From positions 449,803-513,802 of the forward strand of contig CAZVHA010000001.1 of assembly GCA_964626905.1 (NCBI GenBank): DNA of 64,000 nucleotides, written 5' to 3'. Position numbers and translations under genes: made by a program. Below are positions 1-9,351 of the stretch, in pieces. Position 1 is the first letter of the stretch; each line of letters starts with the position of its first letter. The stretch is from an uncultured bacterium (GTDB lineage: Bacteria > Chlamydiota > Chlamydiia > Chlamydiales > SM23-39). The notes beneath the pieces are model-generated. The model did no database searches and was not told the origin of the DNA. It saw nothing but the letters and a program-made list of their open reading frames with translations.

Positions 1-434
1 AAGCGGGAAATAAAACTGGTGAGCCGCGTGAGCGGAATGCGCAAAAAACTCAAAAAACGAGAAGCTCCATAAATCCAAGGAGCGGTTAAATAGGCCACCT
101 TCTCATTGTTGGGCAAAGCGAGCGATTTGGGAAGCACCTCTCCGAAAACAAGCGTCAATGCAAGAGGCACTCCAATTTTTAAACTCCAACTCTCATACGC
201 ATCAAAGAGAGTCGATGCCGTATTTTGAATCCAAATATTTGCAAAAATGTTGAGGATCAAAATCGTGACGAGCGCTTGCCGCGGATTTTGCATCATCCGC
301 GCAATCAGATTTTGTCTCGGAGACCCTCCCGTGCGATACGCCTTCAAAGTGAGCGGCGAAAGAGAAAAAAGACCCGTCTCCGATCCAGAAAGAAATCCAG
401 AAAGAAGGATTAAAACAACGAGAAAAAAAATCAT
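1..434 (-). CDS. CNNM/DUF21 (TlyC/CorC-like) membrane protein, runs off the window edge
   Basis: Not in the ORF track. Manual translation from ATG at 434: MIFFLVVLILLSGFLSGSETGLFSLS...LVTILILN...LVFGEVLPKSLA, the DUF21 motifs. Start overlaps the upstream stop (TAATG). Confidence 0.85.
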   Translation of the reverse strand, partial: MIFFLVVLILLSGFLSGSETGLFSLSPLTLKAYRTGGSPRQNLIARMMQNPRQALVTILILNIFANIWIQNTASTLFDAYESWSLKIGVPLALTLVFGEVLPKSLALPNNEKVAYLTAPWIYGASRFLSFLRIPLTRLTSFISR

Positions 435-706
435 TACTTGAAGTGTACTTTGAGAAAGCCTTCTGGCACAACCCCTAATTCGCGAATCAAGACCATTTCG
501 ATCCAAGCAGGATCATTTTGCGAGGCGATTCTCAGCTCGAGATCCTCTTTGGCCCTCTCAGCATCCCGCTTCTCCTCCAACATCTCCTCCAACCGAGAAG
601 TCAGCTGGCACATTTCCCCCTTTTTCACAGCGGAAAAATGGAAATGGGCAAATAGAGCTAGAGAACAAAAAAGAGCCACCCACCAATTTCGCATCCAAAA
701 TGACAT
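434..706 (-). CDS. Septum formation initiator (FtsB/DivIC-like) protein
   Basis: N-terminal TM, coiled coil, then DPAWIEMVLIRELGVVPEG. Confidence 0.65.
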   Translation of the reverse strand: MSFWMRNWWVALFCSLALFAHFHFSAVKKGEMCQLTSRLEEMLEEKRDAERAKEDLELRIASQNDPAWIEMVLIRELGVVPEGFLKVHFK

Positions 707-738
707 ACGATCCCTTCTCCAGCTATATAACGGATTTC

Positions 739-1305
739 CTAAATACTTGGGTAGGTGATTTCCATCTGCTTCATATACTTGCCTTTCCGGTCTGCGTAAG
801 AGACTTCACAAGGCTCATCTGCAACAAAGAAAAGGACCTGGGCAAGCCCCTCCCCTGCGTAAATCTTTGCGGGGAGCGGCGTCGTGTTGGAGATCTCGAG
901 GGTCACAAACCCTTCCCACTCGGGCTCGAAAGGGGTCACATTGACGATGATCCCGCAGCGAGCATAGGTCGATTTGCCGATGCAAAGGGTCAAGACATTT
1001 CTCGGGATCCGAAAATATTCGACACTTCTAGCGAGCGCAAAAGAATTGGGGGGAATGATGCAGGTCGCACCTTTGATGTCGACAAAGGAGTTCTTTTGAA
1101 AATTTTTCGGATCGACAATTGTGCTGTAGACATTGGTAAACACTTTAAATTCTTCGGCGACCCGTAGGTCATAGCCGTAACTAGAAAGGCCAAAGCTGAC
1201 CCGCTTTTGCCCGTTTTCTTCGCGTATTTGGTTTCCCTCAAAGGGCTCGATCATCTTGTGTTCAAGAGCCATTTTCCGGATCCATTTGTCTGAACGGAGT
1301 GTCAT
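739..1305 (-). CDS. dcd: dCTP deaminase
   Basis: [30 protein letters not shown]; likely start MTLRSDKWI. Confidence 0.95.
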   Translation of the reverse strand: MTLRSDKWIRKMALEHKMIEPFEGNQIREENGQKRVSFGLSSYGYDLRVAEEFKVFTNVYSTIVDPKNFQKNSFVDIKGATCIIPPNSFALARSVEYFRIPRNVLTLCIGKSTYARCGIIVNVTPFEPEWEGFVTLEISNTTPLPAKIYAGEGLAQVLFFVADEPCEVSYADRKGKYMKQMEITYPSI

Positions 1306-1387
1306 CTTTTTCTCGGGGGTTAAATGTTTGGGAGTCCACATTAAGCGTAGCTTTTCAAATGCTTTTCTTGCTACACTTTTCTAACGT

Positions 1388-2401
1388 ATGAGTGAAGGAT
1401 TTATCGAGTCTTCTTGGGCGCAGCCCGATGCCCCTTTTGAAAATCCGCTCCGCCCGCAATTTTTAACCGAATTTATCGGACAAGATCTCATGCGCGCGCG
1501 GCTCGAAGTGTTTATGAAAGCGGCAAAGATGCGCGGCGAAGCTCTTGGCCATCTGCTTTTTTCGGGCCCCCCTGGCCTCGGAAAGACAACGCTTGCCCAC
1601 ATCATCGCCAAAACAATGGGGACAAATCTCACCGTCACATCGGGCCCATCCATCGAAAAGCCGGGAGATCTCGCGGGCGTTTTGACCAATTTGAAAAAGG
1701 GAGATGTCCTATTCATCGATGAAATTCACCGCATGCCACGAGCTGCCGAAGAATATCTCTACTCTGCCATGGAAGATTTTTCTCTCGATCTGATGATCGA
1801 CACAGGGCCCAACGCCCGCACAGTGCAAGTGAATCTCAATCCCTTCACTTTAGTGGGCGCCACCACTCGCTCAGGGCTCTTGAGCGCCCCGATGCGCTCC
1901 CGCTTTATTATCTCTTTAAGACTCGACTATTACGAAGCGAAGATGCTGCAAAAAATCATCGCCCGCTCGGGAAAATTGCTCAAAGTCCAATTGAGCGATG
2001 AGGCCTCGTTTGAAGTGGCTAAAAGAGCGAGGGGGACACCCCGCATCGCAAATAACCTCCTTCGCTGGGTCAGAGATTTTGCCGAAGCGCAAAAATTGGA
2101 GGTGGTCGATCTGACAATTGCTCGTAAAGCGTTAGAAATGTTGGCGATTGATGAAAAAGGGTTAGATGAAATGGACAAAAAAATCCTAAGTGTTATCATT
2201 GATCATCACGAAGGGGGTCCTGTGGGCCTCAATAACTTGGCAGCTGCCTGTGGCGAAGAGTCCCACACGATTGAAGAGGTGTATGAGCCTTTCTTGATTT
2301 TACAAGGGATGATTCGGCGCACTCCCAGAGGGCGAGTCGCGACAACATCTGCCTATGAACATCTTGGCCGAAAGCCAAAAAACTTGGAGTTTTTGCAATG
2401 A
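1388..2401 (+). CDS. ruvB: Holliday junction helicase RuvB
   Basis: LRPQ, GPPGLGKTT, FIDEIHR, GATTR, RGTPRIAN, RTPRGR. Confidence 0.97.
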   Translation: MSEGFIESSWAQPDAPFENPLRPQFLTEFIGQDLMRARLEVFMKAAKMRGEALGHLLFSGPPGLGKTTLAHIIAKTMGTNLTVTSGPSIEKPGDLAGVLTNLKKGDVLFIDEIHRMPRAAEEYLYSAMEDFSLDLMIDTGPNARTVQVNLNPFTLVGATTRSGLLSAPMRSRFIISLRLDYYEAKMLQKIIARSGKLLKVQLSDEASFEVAKRARGTPRIANNLLRWVRDFAEAQKLEVVDLTIARKALEMLAIDEKGLDEMDKKILSVIIDHHEGGPVGLNNLAAACGEESHTIEEVYEPFLILQGMIRRTPRGRVATTSAYEHLGRKPKNLEFLQ

Positions 2402-3582
2402 AGATATTTACTTTAGGAGCGGCGCTCCTCTTCACTAGTTTAGGTCTTGTGGGACAAGAAGGGGAATCAAACGCATATGAGCGCATTGCCGAGCCGATGG
2501 CGCCGCGCAATATCCAAATTCTGATTGGAAAAGATGTGACGGGCGCCCTTTTAGAGGTGAAAGGCCCCTACTACATCTTCAATCCCCACGACGGATCGAG
2601 AGTCGCCTCAGGTCTTTTGGGAAAGCGGTTCATGGTACACAAACTCGAAAATGGCCTGAAATGGGGCGAAGAGTTTCCCGGCATTCACCAGATCTACATT
2701 AAACCGAGATCCTCGGATACGAGTATTTTCATCAACGGAATCCAATACTCTGGCGCCGTGGCCATTTATGGCGTGTCGGGAGTGATCAACATCGTCAACG
2801 ACATCGACATCGAATCGTTTGTCAAGTCGAGACTCACCTCTCAATTTCTCACTCCGCTAGAACCAGAGGTGATGTCTGCGCTCGCCATTCTCGCGAGGAC
2901 CGACGCCTACTACTACGCTATTCGGGCAAATCCCAGCAGCTATTGGCACGTCGATGCACAAGAGATCGACTACCAAGGATCGGCCCTCGTCGTCCACAAT
3001 TCGCCGATCGATCGGGCAGTCGAGAGCACACGCCATTTGATTCTCCTCCATGAAGAGCAGGGGAAAAACCTCCCTTTTGCGGCGACTTGGACAGAGAACA
3101 GCGCAGGAAAAACAGCCGCCTATTCGCAAATTTTCCGCAAAGAGGTTTTTGCCCCAGGAAAAGGGGTTGAAGCGCCTCTTGCCGCCCTGGTGCGCGAAGA
3201 CTCGAAATGGACCTATCAGATTGGGAGGAAAACGCTTGCGCACCTATTCAACCTCAAGCAGATCCATTCTCTCGAACTTTTCGTCGATCAAAACTCTGCC
3301 AAAGTATATGGAATGCGGATGAAGGATGAAAAAGAGAGCTTTGATCTCGACTTTTTGACCCTGCAGCAAAGGCTGGGAAGCTCTCACATCAAGAGCTCCG
3401 ACTTTACCGTGGTCTTGAAGGACGATTCGGTGATCTTTACAGGCTATGGAGCGGGACATGGCGTGGGACTTTGCCTCTATTCGGCGAGTACGCTTGCCCA
3501 AGGGGGGGCTAATGCGGTGAAGATTTTGAGCAAATTCTTCCCCCAAAGTTATCTGTATAATTTAGATGCGGTGCCGAAATAG
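2398..3582 (+). CDS. SpoIID/LytB domain protein
   Basis: Signal peptide, ALAILARTDA, GYGAGHGVGLC. Confidence 0.85.
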   Translation: MKIFTLGAALLFTSLGLVGQEGESNAYERIAEPMAPRNIQILIGKDVTGALLEVKGPYYIFNPHDGSRVASGLLGKRFMVHKLENGLKWGEEFPGIHQIYIKPRSSDTSIFINGIQYSGAVAIYGVSGVINIVNDIDIESFVKSRLTSQFLTPLEPEVMSALAILARTDAYYYAIRANPSSYWHVDAQEIDYQGSALVVHNSPIDRAVESTRHLILLHEEQGKNLPFAATWTENSAGKTAAYSQIFRKEVFAPGKGVEAPLAALVREDSKWTYQIGRKTLAHLFNLKQIHSLELFVDQNSAKVYGMRMKDEKESFDLDFLTLQQRLGSSHIKSSDFTVVLKDDSVIFTGYGAGHGVGLCLYSASTLAQGGANAVKILSKFFPQSYLYNLDAVPK

Positions 3583-3621
3583 GTGTTAAAGAATCGGCCC
3601 GAGTGCTAGAATCCCTTGTCT

Positions 3622-3717
3622 GCCGGGGACCTTATGGAATGGGTCAGTCTGAACCAGGTCAGGGCCGGAAGGCAGCAGCCTTAAGGAACCTGACCTATGC
3701 CATAAGCCATCTCCGGC
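3622..3717 (+). ncRNA. ffs: Small signal recognition particle RNA (4.5S)
   Basis: Domain IV signature CAGGTCAGG-GCC-GGAA-GGC-AGCAG inside a long hairpin closed by GCCGG/CCGGC, followed by a T-tract. Confidence 0.93.
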
Positions 3718-3726
3718 TTTTTCTTA

Positions 3727-4326
3727 TTACCCTTCAAATTTCTGTTCGTAGGCAAGGCAGACCCGTCTGAGGGCGCCTTCGGCATCGGTCCCCTCTTTTT
3801 GGGCCTTTTTGACGAGATCCCAAAGCTTTTGTCCAATGTCATCTGAAATTTTTTCTTTGAGGAGCTTTTTTTTATGCTTTTGCATCTTCGCAATTACTTT
3901 TTGAGCGCGGGCCAAAGAGGGTAAGCCGGGAGGGATATCGGAAATGGGGCTTTTTTTCCCCTCTTGCTTTTTCACCTCGTCCCAAGTACTTATCACCTCT
4001 TCTATCGAAGAAACTTTTTTTTCACCAAAGATGTGAGGGTGGCGCCGAATCAATTTTTCACTCACCTTCTCAATCGATTGCTCCAAGTTAAACCCCGCAG
4101 CCATCTCTTCGAGCCGTTTGGAAATAAAAATAAGAGTGTATAGGACGTCGCCCAGCTCCTCTAAAATTTTTTTGGGTTCTTGAAGATCAATCGCTTCGAT
4201 GAGCTCATGAGTCTCTTCAAGCAAAAAAGGCTGCAAGGAAAAAATTGTCTGTTCTCTATCCCAAGGACACCCACCAGGACCCAAGAGGCGATTCGCAATA
4301 CTCAAAAGGGAGTCTAAACTTTTCAT
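3727..4326 (-). CDS. MazG family nucleoside triphosphate pyrophosphohydrolase
   Basis: GCPWDREQT, EETHE, EELGD, KLIRRHPHIF. Confidence 0.92.
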   Translation of the reverse strand: MKSLDSLLSIANRLLGPGGCPWDREQTIFSLQPFLLEETHELIEAIDLQEPKKILEELGDVLYTLIFISKRLEEMAAGFNLEQSIEKVSEKLIRRHPHIFGEKKVSSIEEVISTWDEVKKQEGKKSPISDIPPGLPSLARAQKVIAKMQKHKKKLLKEKISDDIGQKLWDLVKKAQKEGTDAEGALRRVCLAYEQKFEG

Positions 4327-4405
4327 AAGAAAACTATATAGGGAAAATGTTTTTTTGGCGAGATACTTAAAACTGGAAATAGTGTATAATCTTTGGCGGG
4401 TTATT

Positions 4406-7400
4406 ATGGGTTTGTCAAGGAGTTCGTTCAGTTCGCTCTATTCCTCCTGCTTGGGTGGGTTCAACTCTGGCTTGAGTAAAGTGAGAGAGAGTTATCCTTC
4501 GGTCCAGAGGGTCTACACTTATTTGAATAGTTGGCGCTCTCCAAGCGAGCACCCCTCCCATATTTTGGGAAAAGTCAAAACAGCTGCCAATGAAGCCTTG
4601 ATTCAGGCGAAAGAAAAGGGGATTTCCACTGCCGATCGCGATCCCAACTACGACACTACACTCAACGAGATCATCAAGACAAACAAGAGAAATAGGATAG
4701 AGCAGCCCCCTAAGAGCGCACCGCGAGATGAAGATGAAAAGATGCGCGCCCATTGGAAAAGTCGGCAAGAAATGCGGCAAAAAGAGCTCAAAGAAAAGGT
4801 GAGCATTTTCGTCATATTCAATGAGATGCGCAATCGATGTGGCTTTATTGAAAAAGATAACTTCAAGCTTTTGAAGATGGTGAATCAGGTCAAAGAGGGA
4901 GTTTCGGTTTGGAAAGTATTTACCCAAAACTACCAACTTGGGTTTTTTCAAAAGTTATTCGCCGCCTTTGCTTATTGGTTTTACTATCAGACGTCGCTCA
5001 TCCATAATACAGTGGATGCCTACCTCAATGATTACGTCAGCCTACTCGCAGACCAATTGACGACAGATGATGACAAGAGTCGCCTTGCTTTTTTCCAAAG
5101 TTTCATTAAAAACACAAAAGAATTCCTCGATGCTGATGATAAAGTGATGCAAGCCTATGCCAACGGACAAGAGGGGCCAAAAGAAAAGCTCCAAGACGAG
5201 GCAGTGGAACGCGTTTTCGGATCCAATCTGATGGGATTGTGCGAAAAATTCACGCAGCATCAGATGAAAAAACTTCGACCAAATGTCAAGTTTTTTGAAA
5301 CCCTCCAAAACATTCCAGTGATCAAATATCTCTTCATCGCTCTGGAATACTTGATCAACCGATTCATTATCAAACGGTACATGCGCTCCATGCTCCCATT
5401 TGTACTCCACGACGGAATTAGAAAGGGGTTGAAGGAGACGGAGCCAAGTAGACTCCCCTTTAAAATCAATTTGACAAAATTCATTACGCAGCGATTGAGC
5501 GATCTTCGCTCGCACCCAAATGCAAGCCCCATTCCATACGAGCAGATTTTGTCCGCTAACGATATGAAGGAGCTCGAAGGTGCAGCAGAGCTTTTCTTAA
5601 AAGTAATCCACACCCATGGAATAAATACGGCTGATGAGTTGAAAAAGAAATTTGCAGATCTTGAAAACGAGGGTTTTTGGAATAAACTCAACCTGTATAA
5701 ACAGGCAGATAAGGAGATTCTCAAAGGGCTTGAAAAAGCGATGATCGAGGGGTGCAATCAACTGTTCGGATTTCTCAATGAAAGGGCAAAAACAGGAGAG
5801 CTGTTTGTCCAATCTTTAGAATCCATCCTCGAATTATTCTCACTCGAAGATAAGACACCAGAGACACTCGCCACTGAATACAAAAATGAATTTCATAATC
5901 TAGAAACTGTCGCCGAACCGCTCTTTAAAGAGATCGTCACCAAGGCGCTTGCCCCCCCTAATGAGCAAACAAAATTGAAAGTGGCGAATGATACAGCTGA
6001 AGATCAAACAAAACTCATCACAGAATCGATTGAAAGAATCAGCCAGCTGAACGTAAAAATGCACAATAAACTCCTCAGTTCCAAGAGCGCCCCGACAGCA
6101 CTCAATTCGATCCACGAGGAACTGATCTCTTCTTTGCGCTACATTGAAAAATTGACTCGCAGACAAGAGCTGACAGACGAGCTCTCTTCGGTCGACGCTA
6201 CCCATCGCAATGAAATTTGGAAATCGCTTGCCCCCCTCTACAATCGTCTGGATAAAGTGACCCAAGAGATGGCTCTGCTCATCCAACTGCAATACGAATA
6301 TCCCCTGCACTACTCGATCATGAAACTCTCCGAAGAGATCGATCGCCACATCATGATTCTCAAAGATCAGCTGGATGGACAATATAGAGACCTGCGCAAC
6401 CCGCAGATCCTCGCATCCATCAACAGCGCCAAAGAGTTGATGAGAGCATCTGCTTCGCTCGAAGTGGAGCAGCCCCAGATATTGAATGATTTCATTTCGA
6501 AAAGCGCAGAATCTGCTCAAGCAATTGCGAAAGAACAGCGGGCCCTTGATGCTATTTTTGCCCTTTCCCCGCCAAGGATCAAAAATGGAAAAGCAGCTGC
6601 AGGGCTACTCGATCAACTCTACGCATATCACAAAGGGTGGTTTCCCCAGTATCACTCCAAAGAGTGTTTTAAAAAGATTAAAGAACAACTCACCTCCCTT
6701 TTGCCTGAAGAGAGAAAGAAAATTGAGAGTATCATAGGTCTCACTGGGAAGACTCTTTTGGATCGACGGGAAGAGCTGAGTCGATACCTTCAAACAATTT
6801 ACGAATCGCATTCAGATACAAAAGCGAGGGCAACTCGTGAGTTCAACACCCTTTTGGACGAAACCAAATCTTACTTAAGCGAGACGGGACAAAAATATTC
6901 TGAAAAAAGGGAAGAGATTCACAGGCAAATGCTCACGAAGATCGGAACTATTTCCGAAGAAGTTACAGCGCTTCGAAAAGGGACAAATCTAAATCCCCCA
7001 ATGCTTGCCCCCTTTATTTCTAAAGAGGTGTGGTATAAGGCGTGCACAGCCGCCCCCTTTATCGGGGGGGCGATCGATGCCTCTATGGGGAATCTACCCC
7101 TCTATTCAACTCTTTTCTCGCTCGGCTCAAGCATGGCAAATCACTTATACTTCAACCCAACCCAACCCGACATCACGACAAAATCACCTGAAGCAACACT
7201 CTTCGAAAAAATGGGACGCATCGGAAAAGTAGCTTTCGGGTCTCTTGTTGCCCTCAAATATATCACTCCAGCCCTCCCCGCCCAAGTGAGCGAACCGTTG
7301 AACTGGGGCATTGCAAGTTTGGCTAGCTGGGATATCGGGAAAACAGCCTCGAATTTGGGGAGATATAAGTTCCACCGCTATGTCTTTGACACTTTGTGGG

Positions 7401-7498
7401 GCAAATTCAAGCAAGGCTATAGCTATATCTCAAGCAATCCTCACGTTTATAAGGCCCTCATGACCCGAAGTATGAAAGAGAGCTCTGAGGCGAATTAA
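4406..7498 (+). CDS. Large hypothetical helical protein (~1030 aa), candidate secreted effector
   Basis: Long ORF; TATAAT at 4385-4390; Ser-rich N-terminus; coiled-coil-like middle; hydrophobic Gly/Ala-rich C-terminal segments. Confidence 0.75.
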   Translation: MGLSRSSFSSLYSSCLGGFNSGLSKVRESYPSVQRVYTYLNSWRSPSEHPSHILGKVKTAANEALIQAKEKGISTADRDPNYDTTLNEIIKTNKRNRIEQPPKSAPRDEDEKMRAHWKSRQEMRQKELKEKVSIFVIFNEMRNRCGFIEKDNFKLLKMVNQVKEGVSVWKVFTQNYQLGFFQKLFAAFAYWFYYQTSLIHNTVDAYLNDYVSLLADQLTTDDDKSRLAFFQSFIKNTKEFLDADDKVMQAYANGQEGPKEKLQDEAVERVFGSNLMGLCEKFTQHQMKKLRPNVKFFETLQNIPVIKYLFIALEYLINRFIIKRYMRSMLPFVLHDGIRKGLKETEPSRLPFKINLTKFITQRLSDLRSHPNASPIPYEQILSANDMKELEGAAELFLKVIHTHGINTADELKKKFADLENEGFWNKLNLYKQADKEILKGLEKAMIEGCNQLFGFLNERAKTGELFVQSLESILELFSLEDKTPETLATEYKNEFHNLETVAEPLFKEIVTKALAPPNEQTKLKVANDTAEDQTKLITESIERISQLNVKMHNKLLSSKSAPTALNSIHEELISSLRYIEKLTRRQELTDELSSVDATHRNEIWKSLAPLYNRLDKVTQEMALLIQLQYEYPLHYSIMKLSEEIDRHIMILKDQLDGQYRDLRNPQILASINSAKELMRASASLEVEQPQILNDFISKSAESAQAIAKEQRALDAIFALSPPRIKNGKAAAGLLDQLYAYHKGWFPQYHSKECFKKIKEQLTSLLPEERKKIESIIGLTGKTLLDRREELSRYLQTIYESHSDTKARATREFNTLLDETKSYLSETGQKYSEKREEIHRQMLTKIGTISEEVTALRKGTNLNPPMLAPFISKEVWYKACTAAPFIGGAIDASMGNLPLYSTLFSLGSSMANHLYFNPTQPDITTKSPEATLFEKMGRIGKVAFGSLVALKYITPALPAQVSEPLNWGIASLASWDIGKTASNLGRYKFHRYVFDTLWGKFKQGYSYISSNPHVYKALMTRSMKESSEAN

Positions 7499-7968
7499 TG
7501 GAGCGCCAGTTTACTGCAACGGTCTATCTATTTCACGAAAATAGAGTGCTCTTACACAGACACAAAAAACTGGGAAAATGGCTCCCTCCCGGCGGACATC
7601 TAGAGGCCAATGAAACACCCCCCGAAGCAGCTATACGTGAAGTGAAAGAAGAGACGGGTCTCGATTTTCTTTTTCTCGAAGATGAGCATCTCAAAATCAG
7701 CGCTTATAATGGCACGAGCATTCCCCGCCCATTTCTTTGTCTTTTGGAAAATATCCCCGAATACAACGGAGTGCCCCAGCACCAGCACATCGATTTCATT
7801 TTTCTCGGGACGCCAATTGCTTTTAAAGAAGAGATCCCCGAATTTCGGTGGCTGAAATACGAAGAACTTCAGCATCTGGAACTTTTTCCCGATGTCGCTG
7901 AAGTTCTTCGCCTTTTATTAAAAGAAGACCAAATCCGCGCCTACCAGCGGCGGTGCTGTCTTTCCTGA
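7498..7968 (+). CDS. NUDIX hydrolase
   Basis: Nudix box GGHLEANETPPEAAIREVKEETGL. Confidence 0.92.
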   Translation: MERQFTATVYLFHENRVLLHRHKKLGKWLPPGGHLEANETPPEAAIREVKEETGLDFLFLEDEHLKISAYNGTSIPRPFLCLLENIPEYNGVPQHQHIDFIFLGTPIAFKEEIPEFRWLKYEELQHLELFPDVAEVLRLLLKEDQIRAYQRRCCLS

Positions 7969-8153
7969 TTTGGCTGCACCCGCTCTTGCGTATCCCAACG
8001 ATAGGGGGTTTCCTCTTGGTTATTGTAATGCTGCTGCCGGCAATTTTCCCCATCTTGGCGGCTCATATTTCCGGGACAATAACTTTGATCACAACAAGAT
8101 GAGATTGCAAACGCTGCAGCGAGTGCAATGATTGCTAAAACGATCTTTTTCAT
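7941..8153 (-). CDS. Small cysteine-containing lipoprotein
   Basis: MKK + hydrophobic core + ISSCC lipobox; GGAG RBS upstream. Confidence 0.75.
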   Translation of the reverse strand: MKKIVLAIIALAAAFAISSCCDQSYCPGNMSRQDGENCRQQHYNNQEETPYRWDTQERVQPNQERQHRRW

Positions 8154-8241
8154 ATACTTTGCTCCTTCTATACCATCACTGGCATCTATTTCTCCCTGTA
8201 ATGATTGTCTTTATTTTAATCAATAGGTATCCTCAAAGGGG

Positions 8242-9351
8242 ATGGGCTCTTTTTTTGTAGCGGCTACAGGTCAAAATGTTGGAAAGACGACCGTTTGCTT
8301 GGGCCTTGTCTCGGGGCTTCAAAAGAGATTTTCTTCGGTTGGATTTTTCAAACCTGTTGGACAAGAGTACGTTGAGCTGAAAACGGGGCTTCATGTCGAT
8401 AAAGATGTCCTTCTACTGAAAAATCACTTTCAGCTGAAAGATCCGTATGAAAAAATGAGTCCGGTCCTATTTCCAAGGGGGTTTACCCGCGATTTTCTCG
8501 ATGGGCAAATTGATCATAAACACCTCACGGCCAAAATTCTCGCATCTCATCGCGATTTGAAGATGAGTAATGAGATGACGGTGATTGAAGGGACTGGCCA
8601 TACGGGTGTCGGGTCGATTGTCGATCTCAACAATGCGCAAGTGGCGGCCCTATTGAAGGTTCCTGTTGTGCTTGTCGCCTCTGGAGGACTCGGATCGAGT
8701 TTTGACGAGCTGACGCTCAATTATATTGCCTGTGAAAAATATGGGGCGCGGGTCGCTGGGGTGATTTTGAATCGGGTTTTGGAAAAAAAGCGGGAGATGA
8801 TTCTCGAATATATTCCGAAGGCGCTCGCCCGGTGGAACGTCCCTCTATTGGGTTGTGTTCCCTATACCCCTTTTTTAAGCACTCCGACAATGTCCGACTT
8901 TGAAATTCTCTTTGAGACAGAGCTCCTAACGGGAAAAGAAAAGGCTTTTTGCCATTTTGAGCATATTCGCCTCGCTGCGGGGCCGGTGGAGGTATTTCGG
9001 ACGCAGATGTTACCCAAAGAGCTGATCATCACTCCGGCTGTGAGAGAGGATGTGATCTTGGCCACCTTGACGAAAGTGTGGGATCGGAAAATCGCAGGAG
9101 AAGAAAACGATTTGGAAATCGGTTTTATTTTAACGGGGAAAGCAGCTCCTAAAGAGGCGATTGTGGAAGAGATTCGAAAATCGGGACTCCCCATGCTCCA
9201 CGCGCCTGTGAGCAGTTTTTTCGCAATGAAGATGATCAACAGTTACACCTCCAAATTCCGCAAAGAGGACACATTGAAAATTGCAGAGGCAATCAAGGTC
9301 GTAGAAAATCACATCGACTTTGAAAAACTGCAAACAGCTCTTCAGCTCTGA
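8242..9351 (+). CDS. BioD-like/AAA_26 + DRTGG protein (standalone Pta N-terminal region family)
   Basis: TGQNVGKTT, GFFKPVG, VIEGTGH, GVILNRV. Confidence 0.8.
   Translation: MGSFFVAATGQNVGKTTVCLGLVSGLQKRFSSVGFFKPVGQEYVELKTGLHVDKDVLLLKNHFQLKDPYEKMSPVLFPRGFTRDFLDGQIDHKHLTAKILASHRDLKMSNEMTVIEGTGHTGVGSIVDLNNAQVAALLKVPVVLVASGGLGSSFDELTLNYIACEKYGARVAGVILNRVLEKKREMILEYIPKALARWNVPLLGCVPYTPFLSTPTMSDFEILFETELLTGKEKAFCHFEHIRLAAGPVEVFRTQMLPKELIITPAVREDVILATLTKVWDRKIAGEENDLEIGFILTGKAAPKEAIVEEIRKSGLPMLHAPVSSFFAMKMINSYTSKFRKEDTLKIAEAIKVVENHIDFEKLQTALQL

Noticed and set aside
3601-3610. GAGTGCTAG as a CIRCE half-site
   Set aside because: No matching left arm; more likely part of the ffs promoter (TAGAAT)
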